20,000 nt of DNA from an uncultured virus (IMG/VR IMGVR_UViG_3300025128_000028) (lineage: Duplodnaviria; Heunggongvirae; Uroviricota; Caudoviricetes). The position numbers were made by a program, and so were the translations under genes. The notes under the pieces are model-generated. The model ran no database searches. It was not told the DNA's origin and was given only the letters and a program-made list of their open reading frames with translations. The DNA lies in IMG/VR virus record IMGVR_UViG_3300025128_000028. One strand, written 5' to 3'. Shown here piece by piece: positions 1 through 7,493 of the stretch (within the stretch, counting starts at the first letter, position 1; the number at the start of each line of letters is the position of its first letter).

Positions 1-2
1 CA

Positions 3-1028
3 CAATTAGGAAAGTCAGATTTATTATTAAAAATGTATGCACTACTACCGGGATCAGGTTATACTGTTGGTAGAAATACATCAGGGGCAGGTCTTACTAT
101 TGCTATGGTTAAATTATATAATGGGACAATGATTCCTAAAGCAGGTTTTTTCCCACAGCATACAGGACACCCATGTATTATAGACGAGATAGATAAAATG
201 AAAAGAGATGATCATAACTCATGTCTTGAAGTTATGGAGCAACAAACAACTTCACAAGCAAAAGCAGGGACAGGTGGTGGTCTTACACTACCAACAAAAT
301 GTCCTTTACTCATAGCGGGAAACCCTAAAAACGGTAAGTTTAACTCTAAATACCCTACTGTCATGGACAACTTTGACATGGAAACACCATTTGTATCACG
401 ATTTGATATTTTATGGCTTCTTATTGACGACAATAACCCTGAAACTGACAAGTTAATTAGGAAATTTATCAGAAGTTATCAAAGTAGAAAGCAAGAATAT
501 ATGACCGTTGAAGAACTTCAGCGTTACTTTGTATATATAAGAAGTCTTGATGCAACTGTACCTGATGAGTTTATGGATAAGATTGATGAACTACACACAA
601 AAATGCGACCATTAAATATTGCAAGTGGTGTTCCTATTGGTTGGCGACAATATCATGGATTATATAGACTACTAACTGCTAGTGCAAAAGCCAATCTGCG
701 TAGTGTTGTGAATGATAAAGACTTTGAAATAGTTGAAAATATAATTAAAGAGTCATATAAGAGTATGAAAATGAACTTGGAAAGTGGGGAAGTTAATGAT
801 ACATATAAGAAAACAAAGGATACCAAAAAGGAAATAATACTAGTAACTTGGGGTGAATGTATGGACGAATCTTTAGATAATACAGTAGATAAGAAAGAGT
901 TTATTGATACTTTGGCAACTAAAGAGGGCTTTAACTCCCTAGATGCTCCAATGGTATTTAATAAAATGCTAAGTAATGGTGATCTTATATATGACAACGA
1001 CTTGGAACGATACAAGAAGGTAAGATAA
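3..1028 (+). CDS. mcm: MCM replicative helicase, C-terminal AAA+ and winged-helix part (5' truncated by window)
   Basis: Frame is open from base 3 (QLGKSDLLLK, end of Walker A); also TSGAGLT, Walker B IIDEIDKM, LEVMEQQT, AGNP and arginine finger SRFD. Confidence 0.95.
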   Translation, partial: QLGKSDLLLKMYALLPGSGYTVGRNTSGAGLTIAMVKLYNGTMIPKAGFFPQHTGHPCIIDEIDKMKRDDHNSCLEVMEQQTTSQAKAGTGGGLTLPTKCPLLIAGNPKNGKFNSKYPTVMDNFDMETPFVSRFDILWLLIDDNNPETDKLIRKFIRSYQSRKQEYMTVEELQRYFVYIRSLDATVPDEFMDKIDELHTKMRPLNIASGVPIGWRQYHGLYRLLTASAKANLRSVVNDKDFEIVENIIKESYKSMKMNLESGEVNDTYKKTKDTKKEIILVTWGECMDESLDNTVDKKEFIDTLATKEGFNSLDAPMVFNKMLSNGDLIYDNDLERYKKVR

Positions 1029-1325
1029 TTGGGAAAACTTAGAGATTTAAGAGAACGTAGAGAACAAATGGATTGGGATGATCCAAATAGGATAGCCATT
1101 GAAGAAGAAATAAACAAGATAGAACAATGGTGTATTGACAATAATAAGGGATTTGTAACCAAATTAACCACTTGGACTAACGGTTTGGGTGGTGATAACG
1201 AACTCTACCCGTGGCATACTGGATATATTGATGTAAAAGATATATGGATGGTTGGGAGTTTGAATGGTAAAGGATTAAACTATAATGCTGACAAAAGTAT
1301 TCACATTTGTCAACATTGTTCGTAA
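1029..1325 (+). CDS. Hypothetical protein with C-terminal CxxC
   Basis: 98-aa ORF; TTG start directly abuts the MCM stop (TAA-TTG). Confidence 0.75.
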   Translation: MGKLRDLRERREQMDWDDPNRIAIEEEINKIEQWCIDNNKGFVTKLTTWTNGLGGDNELYPWHTGYIDVKDIWMVGSLNGKGLNYNADKSIHICQHCS

Positions 1326-1356
1326 TTCTTATATATATCGACTGTATATATAATAT

Positions 1357-1491
1357 ATGTCGAAATCCACAGGACTGAAACAATTTGATAAAGTAATAAA
1401 ACCTGAAGATATATTGGGTTTGACAGATATACTTTGTCCTATTTCATTATGCACAGATGACAACTGTACTTGTGAAGATGAGAAAGATTAA
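1357..1491 (+). CDS. 44-aa Cys-rich microprotein (MSKSTGLK...CPISLCTDDNCTCEDEKD)
   Basis: Read manually; TTATATA box about 28 nt upstream; stop overlaps the convergent Mom-like stop (TTAA). Confidence 0.6.
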   Translation: MSKSTGLKQFDKVIKPEDILGLTDILCPISLCTDDNCTCEDEKD

Positions 1492-2294
1492 TCCATTTGT
1501 TCTAAATGAAATCTTCTTGTTAAATGGGAATCAAACGTTGGTTGATCAGGTGCAGTATATCCACATATATCGCATATAAGAGGATTATTTTCTACAGGTG
1601 GCACTTGCCTTTCAGGGTTTTGCGACCAATCATTTTCCTCTTTGTTATATTCAGGTATAAAATCAGTCTTTGGATATGGCTCTATCTTATATTTTAATTT
1701 ATTAAGTAGGTATTTTTTCTTACCCTTTGAACAGTTAAAGTAAATATATCTATGTTTTCTTGGTCTTCGTTTCATTTTTATATTATCATCGCCAAACCTT
1801 TCCTTTAATTCAGCAAAATTTTGTGTTTTACCTTGACCAAACTCAAGCCCACGATTGTGTTTATCTTCCATTCCTTTAATTTTTGGATCAGTTCTTTTCG
1901 CAGATAGTCCAATATATATAAAATTGGTGGCTTGATATACAACGCCTCTATGGTTATGTTGTGGTTCAGAATATGATATTATTATATCTTCTTTCACCTG
2001 TTTTATTGTGTTAGCAATTAAATATGATTCGGCATTTTTCAAACTGTCATCTTTTATCCATAATCTTGCAAGTTCCATAACATTATTTCTTTCTTCTTTT
2101 CCACATATACCTGCACTAACTGTTGGTGAGGCAGGTACACTATATAATATAACACCTATTAATTCGTTATTTTCAAACAAACCAAAGGAATATGAAGCTG
2201 GTCTTGCCCTATGTAAATAATGGTTTTCTAAAATTATATGAAGTCCTTCTTCATTGGTTATTTTCCTTATTTCATATTTTTCTTTTATGTTCAT
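1488..2294 (-). CDS. mom: Mom-family GNAT-fold DNA adenine modification enzyme with C-terminal C2H2 zinc finger
   Basis: Motifs ENHYLH, LIGVILY, ELARLW, NAESYLI, ISYSEPQHNHRGVVYQATNFIYIG and KHRYIYF resemble phage Mom-like proteins; tail C-x2-C-x12-H-x5-H. Confidence 0.85.
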   Translation of the reverse strand: MNIKEKYEIRKITNEEGLHIILENHYLHRARPASYSFGLFENNELIGVILYSVPASPTVSAGICGKEERNNVMELARLWIKDDSLKNAESYLIANTIKQVKEDIIISYSEPQHNHRGVVYQATNFIYIGLSAKRTDPKIKGMEDKHNRGLEFGQGKTQNFAELKERFGDDNIKMKRRPRKHRYIYFNCSKGKKKYLLNKLKYKIEPYPKTDFIPEYNKEENDWSQNPERQVPPVENNPLICDICGYTAPDQPTFDSHLTRRFHLEQMD

Positions 2295-2304
2295 TTTATA
2301 TCAA

Positions 2305-2397
2305 TGGTACGGAATACAGGTATTTCACCTATATCTTTCATGTGGAACATGAACATCATAATCACTCGATTCGAGGAAATATTTAGACCAATTCCGT
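2305..2397 (-). tRNA. trnG: Non-canonical tRNA-Gly(UCC), 93 nt, CCA encoded, enlarged D-loop
   Basis: Minus strand folds as ACGGAAT TG GTCT [AAATATTTCCTCGAATCGAGTGATTA] TGAT G TTCAT GT-TCC-AC ATGAA AGAT ATAGG TGAAATA CCTGT ATTCCGT A CCA: 7-bp acceptor, 5-bp anticodon stem, 4-nt variable loop, 5-bp T stem with 7-nt loop; anticodon at 2344-2346. Confidence 0.9.
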
Positions 2398-2418
2398 AAT
2401 TTGTATAATATGAAAACT

Positions 2419-2427
2419 AAATATAAA
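2419..2427 (-). promoter_or_regulatory. TATA box for the tRNA-Gly/mom transcript
   Basis: TTTATATTT starting 30 nt upstream of tRNA position 1; the same spacing is seen for TATA boxes ahead of 5741 and 6058. Confidence 0.65.
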
Positions 2428-2432
2428 CGTAT

Positions 2433-2768
2433 CTATAATGCGACATATTGTCTATATTCATCAATAGTTAATTTAATAATAACAGTTTTTTGTCCTTCTC
2501 TAATACCTTGTGCTAGTTGCATACATCTATTAGAACAGTATTTATTAGCCTGTTTTCTTTCACCAACCTTTAATATATCTCTATGACAAATTTCACAATC
2601 CCTACTTGTTGGAATATATTTTTCTCTATAATATTTTTTTCTTAAATCTTCACTACATTTTTTAGAACAATATTTAGAGCCACTTCCAAAAAATCCCTTT
2701 TCATATAATTTATTACAATAACTGCATTTTAAATGAGTTTTTGTATATTGATTTGGCATATATAACAA
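2433..2768 (-). CDS. Protein with two CxxC...YCSxxC treble-clef zinc modules (start may be ATG at 2759)
   Basis: CSYC...KYCSKKC and CEIC...KYCSNRC, a module often attached to HNH nucleases; no nuclease motif visible. Confidence 0.8.
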   Translation of the reverse strand: MLYMPNQYTKTHLKCSYCNKLYEKGFFGSGSKYCSKKCSEDLRKKYYREKYIPTSRDCEICHRDILKVGERKQANKYCSNRCMQLAQGIREGQKTVIIKLTIDEYRQYVAL

Positions 2769-2793
2769 CTATTATTCCGTAATTTAAACGTAC

Positions 2794-5199
2794 CTACCAT
2801 TGTGTCATGGTAGTTTGTGATCCCCTTCCCATCAATATATCAATACTGATTTGCATTGGCTCACATACTTGGCTCATTACACTTTCTAAACTATCCATAT
2901 ATTTTTCCTTATCAATATCACTACGGTTAGCCATACTTAGTGGACATACTTTGGGATCTTTCCACGTTTTTATAAACTCTACAAACTGTCCCTTCTTCAC
3001 CTTGCCAAGTTGTTCACCAGCTTTAACTGCTTGTGGTTTTGTCTTATATTCGCTAGGTTCTTTGGCAACCATGACCTTAAATGACAGTTGATCTAGTGGT
3101 ATAGAATCAAAATTGTCTATTACAGATTTGATAACATACTTCACTTCTTCTTTTACCTCGTTAAAATCTGATATATTTTGAATTGGAATTAATTTTTGCA
3201 GAACATCAGTAAATAATTGTTTTACAAACGGTGGTGTATTTGATTTTTTACCACTCAAACCTTTAATATCTAACGTTCCGTCAGTTTTTACACCAAAATA
3301 ATTCTTCTTTCTATCACTTAATACTAAATATTTATACTCTTTTTCCATTTCCAAGTCTATTGAATAGTTGTCTTTACAGTATTTTATCAGGGTATCTATC
3401 TGTTTTTGGGTAGGTTTATGGACAAAAACACTATCGGTATCACCATATAGTACGGGTAATGATTCAGAATTTGCTACTTTAATTGTTTCCATAATTATAT
3501 TTCGACCAATGGCAGTTACAGCTTCGGCAGTTGGTAGGAAATATAACGAGAAGGTTTCAGCACCAATTACACCATAACTTGCATTGAGGAATACTTTTAG
3601 TGCTTGGGCTATTGTAGTGTTTATATCACGATCCTTTTTTGTCTTTGCCATTTTGCTTAGAATCTTGAAGTGATTTACCCTTAATTCCTTTAATGAGCCA
3701 ATTAATAATGATGCCATTCCAATCTTTTTCGTGCATGACCAATGTTGTGTGTACGGGATTATATTGTTTTTGCATTGTTCGTGCCTACAACATACTGTTT
3801 CATACGATATATTCCGAGTTTTGATAATACTTGGATATAGACTTGCGAAATCAAGAACAGATACTTGAAAGTGTATTCCACTCACAGGCTTTAATACTTC
3901 AGCACCCTGATATTTCTTGCCCCTCACCCCTGCAATCGTAGTTCCTTCAATTTTAGGGAAATCTGCATTTCGAGGGATCATTTGACCATTTATTCTATGT
4001 TCATTATAGAACATACTCTTGATCCAATTAGATATACTAAGCCTTGATATATCGTCAATAGGCATATTAGCAACCCTACATAATATAACAAGCAAGTTCA
4101 TAACCAAGTCGTTGTTATAGTGCGACAATTCATACGTTAATCTACTATCGTTATAACAATATTTACTCAACAGATTAAGTGATATATCAGCAAGACTACC
4201 AACATACTCTACTTTTTTCTCACCCAACATAGCCTCACTAACATCGTCTAATTTATCCGTAACATACTTTCCACCAAAGGCATATATTTTGAGGGAACGA
4301 TTTGAAAATACACTATATAAGTCAATATGAATACCATTGTTCAACGTAGCCTTTTCCTTCATCATCTTGAACGGATTATATTCTAGTTCAAGAACATTGG
4401 CACGATTATATAAATATGGCATATCAAATATATCACCATTATATGTTAGAACAATAGGATAGGAATCTATGATTCTAAATGCCTCTTTTAGCAATTCTTT
4501 CTCGTCCTCAAACCAAACAATTTCATATTTTCTGCCGACTTCTTCTTCGCCCATAGCAATTTCAGGTCTTTTAAGAGTTAATACCTTCTGCATATCTTCC
4601 GAGTGAAATGATATTGCTGTGATTCTTTCTTTTGCTTTACTACTGTCAGGCATTGTATCACCAACTTCCACCTCAATATCAAATGCAAGTCGTTTTATAT
4701 TCGGTATATTTTGACCAAGAAGATTAGCCCACTTACCCACCTGTTTTGAAAATAGTTCTGTATCTACGACTGAATCCATGTCTATATTTTTTAATTGTAT
4801 TGTATCAGTTGATTCTATTGGCGATATATTGTGGTTATCAATGTCATACCAAGTTCCAACCACATATTTTTTGTCATATAAGAAACTTTGATAATATTTT
4901 ATATCACCTTCCCAACATATCCCACTATCACGCAGGTCATATATAACGCTTGGATTATCAACCCTCACCCGAAGCATGGACACATATTCATCTTTTATTA
5001 CATCATATATATCGACTTCCTCTATATTATTTATACCTAGAATCCCATTCAGTTCAGATTTTTGGGACGGTTTTACATAACAATATTGCTTATATTCCGA
5101 GTCGTCCACCATTATAATTTTATTACTAAGAGGCTCATAAAATTTGAGTATAATCTTTCTATTTTGAAATACACAAGATAATAATATACACTTTGTTAT
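2794..5199 (-). CDS. polB: Family B DNA polymerase, archaeal PolB1-like, ~801 aa, probable ATA start
   Basis: Exo motifs FDIEV, YNGDIFD, YCYND; pol motifs DFASLYPSII, KVFLNASYG, YGDTDS, KKNYFG, KGLSGKKSNTPPF; PIP-like tail QTTMTQW. Frame stays open 29 codons upstream of ATG 5112 (ITKCILLSCVFQNRKIILKFYEP). Confidence 0.97.
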   Translation of the reverse strand: MTKCILLSCVFQNRKIILKFYEPLSNKIIMVDDSEYKQYCYVKPSQKSELNGILGINNIEEVDIYDVIKDEYVSMLRVRVDNPSVIYDLRDSGICWEGDIKYYQSFLYDKKYVVGTWYDIDNHNISPIESTDTIQLKNIDMDSVVDTELFSKQVGKWANLLGQNIPNIKRLAFDIEVEVGDTMPDSSKAKERITAISFHSEDMQKVLTLKRPEIAMGEEEVGRKYEIVWFEDEKELLKEAFRIIDSYPIVLTYNGDIFDMPYLYNRANVLELEYNPFKMMKEKATLNNGIHIDLYSVFSNRSLKIYAFGGKYVTDKLDDVSEAMLGEKKVEYVGSLADISLNLLSKYCYNDSRLTYELSHYNNDLVMNLLVILCRVANMPIDDISRLSISNWIKSMFYNEHRINGQMIPRNADFPKIEGTTIAGVRGKKYQGAEVLKPVSGIHFQVSVLDFASLYPSIIKTRNISYETVCCRHEQCKNNIIPYTQHWSCTKKIGMASLLIGSLKELRVNHFKILSKMAKTKKDRDINTTIAQALKVFLNASYGVIGAETFSLYFLPTAEAVTAIGRNIIMETIKVANSESLPVLYGDTDSVFVHKPTQKQIDTLIKYCKDNYSIDLEMEKEYKYLVLSDRKKNYFGVKTDGTLDIKGLSGKKSNTPPFVKQLFTDVLQKLIPIQNISDFNEVKEEVKYVIKSVIDNFDSIPLDQLSFKVMVAKEPSEYKTKPQAVKAGEQLGKVKKGQFVEFIKTWKDPKVCPLSMANRSDIDKEKYMDSLESVMSQVCEPMQISIDILMGRGSQTTMTQW

Positions 5200-5741
5200 A
5201 TCTGATCACCCCAACTGTCCCAACCTTCTGCACGTTTCCGAGCAAAAAGTTCAATTCGTGGTATATCACCACATAGTTCCACTATTTTATCTCTTATTAT
5301 ATCAGGTTTTTGTGAGTGTTCCCCTCTTGGACTCATTACAACACTTGATATATAATTACTAACTACTATTGGTTTTCCTTTCACCCCTATTAAACAACAT
5401 TCACAGTTCGATTTTGTATAATATCCTATACCGAAAAATGGTTTGCCGTTCTTTTTATTAGTTTTTATCCATGAGAAACCAAGCGTTTTATATTTAAAAC
5501 CCCATGCGTTTATTGTTTCTAATCCTTCTCGTAAGTTAGGGAACGTTGTCCACAAAAATAACATACAATTAGTATCAGCAATATCATTTACAGGTAGGTT
5601 TTTTATATCTTCTAATGACATTGTTTTATAATGTACTGTTGCTCCGCCACATAATCGTGCGTGTTTATCACGCTTATCCCTGTAGCTCCAAGCGGGATCA
5701 GCATATATTATATTATATTTTTTATCTGTTGGAAAATCCAA
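5196..5741 (-). CDS. MT-A70 family N6-adenine methyltransferase
   Basis: IIYADPAW catalytic motif, LFLWTT, WGFKYKT..WIK, HSQKP, RIELFAR, GWDSWGDQ. Confidence 0.95.
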   Translation of the reverse strand: MDFPTDKKYNIIYADPAWSYRDKRDKHARLCGGATVHYKTMSLEDIKNLPVNDIADTNCMLFLWTTFPNLREGLETINAWGFKYKTLGFSWIKTNKKNGKPFFGIGYYTKSNCECCLIGVKGKPIVVSNYISSVVMSPRGEHSQKPDIIRDKIVELCGDIPRIELFARKRAEGWDSWGDQI

Positions 5742-5787
5742 TATATTATTAACTATTGATCTGTTATATAATCGTTTCTAAAAATAA

Positions 5788-6058
5788 GGCAATACAACTA
5801 AGCATGGTTTAGCTAAACAAATCAATGTCGTCTTTCTAGAATAGCGACTCTTGTTCCCATATCGTTATGGTATTTGTTCCCCTCGTTGTTGCCGAGTAGT
5901 TTTATTTTATGGTTGTCGGTGTACTCAAACCATTTCTGCCCACAGTTCGCTTTCAACACTACTCCACAGGGTTTCATGTTGATTCCGTACTGTTCAGGTC
6001 TTAATGGAAATATACTAGATTTTAGACTGTCGCAACAGATTTCATTGTATTGTTCCAT
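5788..6058 (-). ncRNA. Candidate ~270-nt structured RNA (alternatively a 78-aa ORF, 5822-6058)
   Basis: Own TATA box (about 6082-6087); 5' and 3' ends pair (CAATACAA/TTGTATTG); several nested stems; T-run follows. Confidence 0.45.
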
Positions 6059-6095
6059 AACATATCATAGTTAAACACTAATATAAATCTTTATT

Positions 6096-6434
6096 TTATG
6101 TCTTGGTCATTTTTCTTGCTATCGACATTTTGTTATATATTTTATCGCCAAACCTACAAAACTTTTCCAATGCAAAGTGGTGCGTATTACACAGATACAT
6201 AAATCGCTTTGGATTCTTTTTTATCATTGGCAACAAGTCCTTGTAATATTCAAGTGTGCCTGAATCATTTTTGGGATACGTTTTATATATTATATCTTTT
6301 TTCAAATACCACAGGTGGTGGATTGTCATACCTCGCTTTGCCGATTTGCAATTACATATCCAACAATTTCCATTTCCTAAAGCAATTCGACCACATTCAG
6401 TTTTTATAATATTTATTTCTTCTTTAATTGTCAT
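6096..6434 (-). CDS. HNH-type endonuclease (Zn-binding)
   Basis: CWIC...TIHHLWY...YLCNTHH pattern. Confidence 0.75.
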   Translation of the reverse strand: MTIKEEINIIKTECGRIALGNGNCWICNCKSAKRGMTIHHLWYLKKDIIYKTYPKNDSGTLEYYKDLLPMIKKNPKRFMYLCNTHHFALEKFCRFGDKIYNKMSIARKMTKT

Positions 6435-6470
6435 ACACCTTTATATACTATGAATGTATTTAAGGCTTTA

Positions 6471-6686
6471 TTAGATTTGACTAGAATTATATTGTCCTCG
6501 TATATATTTATTAAAATATTTTCCTTTTGATTCTGCTCTTTTAAATTCTGACCATACGTCTTTGGGAACACCTTCGCACTCATATACTTCGCTTCCTTCA
6601 CCGATATATATCACCATACGTTCAGTTTCAGTATTATATTTTGCACCACGAATCCATGACATACCTGCAAAACTATCTTCACTCAA
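6471..6686 (-). CDS. KTSC-domain protein
   Basis: SWIRGAKYN...VYECEGVP..VW.EF..AESKGKYFNKYIRGQY matches the KTSC pattern. Confidence 0.9.
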   Translation of the reverse strand: MSEDSFAGMSWIRGAKYNTETERMVIYIGEGSEVYECEGVPKDVWSEFKRAESKGKYFNKYIRGQYNSSQI

Positions 6687-6940
6687 TCTTCTTCCTCCTC
6701 ATTTCGAGCATTATATCTATCTTCAACGTCTTTTTTTGTTGGGTATAATGGTGCAAGGGGATATTCTAAAGTATCAATACGGTTTCTTAAAGTTTGGCAA
6801 GTTTCTCTTAAATTTATTATATCTTGTTGCATTTCAGCTATAGTTAATTCTTCTTGAGTACATTCACATTCGTCATTCATACACGATCCACAATTCCAAC
6901 ATTCTTTATATTGTTTAACCCCACAAGTACAATAAGTCAA
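6683..6940 (-). CDS. Cys-rich N-terminus plus coiled-coil hypothetical protein
   Basis: CTC, CWNCGSC, CEC; coupled to both neighbours. Confidence 0.75.
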   Translation of the reverse strand: MTYCTCGVKQYKECWNCGSCMNDECECTQEELTIAEMQQDIINLRETCQTLRNRIDTLEYPLAPLYPTKKDVEDRYNARNEEEED

Positions 6941-7156
6941 TTATACACCCTCGCCTTCTTGTTTTCGTTTTCTTATATTACTCAATAAATAATCTAACGT
7001 TTGATCTAGTTCACGTTCAATTTTACTTATTTCGTCAGGCTCTAATCCTAAATTTTTACAAAATTCTGTTTTGATTATATTTTTAAAATGTGGGGGAATT
7101 TCTAGTATTTCTAAAGCCCCAAACACCGTACAAAACATTTCTCTATTAGTTATCAA
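6941..7156 (-). CDS. Hypothetical protein (start refined to TTG 7156)
   Basis: TTGA overlap with the upstream stop; GGGTGA Shine-Dalgarno. Confidence 0.7.
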   Translation of the reverse strand: MITNREMFCTVFGALEILEIPPHFKNIIKTEFCKNLGLEPDEISKIERELDQTLDYLLSNIRKRKQEGEGV

Positions 7157-7299
7157 TCTACAAATCTCACCCATGTAAATTGTTTGCAATCACATTCATT
7201 ACATTTTCCATGTCCTTTTTGGTATCTGTCGCTATGTAAACCATTGGGCGACACTCCACCTAAATGACCGCAACTACACAATTCTTTTTCATGTTTCAT
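7153..7299 (-). CDS. 48-aa Cys/His zinc-binding microprotein (MKHEKELCSCGH...GHGKCNECDCKQF)
   Basis: Read manually; ATGA overlap upstream and TTGA overlap downstream. Confidence 0.75.
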   Translation of the reverse strand: MKHEKELCSCGHLGGVSPNGLHSDRYQKGHGKCNECDCKQFTWVRFVD

Positions 7300-7493
7300 T
7301 TCAGTTTTTCAAGCTCCTCTTTACTTGTTTCATTATGTCTATAGTTAACACCCCTGAAATATAAATGTATGTCTTTTTGATTTTTCATATACCAATAATA
7401 TAATATACAAGCAGTTCCAATCCAACCAAAAGGAATTAATAGTAAAAACATACTTAGTGAAGGCAATAAAAATAGCCGTCTTGCTCGGATCAT
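7296..7493 (-). CDS. Small membrane protein
   Basis: Hydrophobic stretch LFLLPSLSMFLLLIPFGWIGTACILYYWY; ATGA overlap at 7490-7493. Confidence 0.7.
   Translation of the reverse strand: MIRARRLFLLPSLSMFLLLIPFGWIGTACILYYWYMKNQKDIHLYFRGVNYRHNETSKEELEKLK

Noticed and set aside
212..1383. Minus-strand ORFs 212-451, 653-1171 and 1177-1383
   Set aside because: Antisense shadows of MCM and its downstream gene; no motifs.
2291..2359. 22-codon minus ORF (MMFMFHMK...) overlapping the mom start
   Set aside because: Lies inside the tRNA cloverleaf, which explains the sequence better.
2794..5199. Inteins in PolB or MCM; integrase or att site at the tRNA
   Set aside because: Motif spacing is uninterrupted; no integrase or long duplicated tRNA 3' end in the window.
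5788..6058. Firm RNase P RNA call
   Set aside because: The GAGGAAAGUCC/P4 signature with bulged U is not properly present; kept only as a hypothesis.
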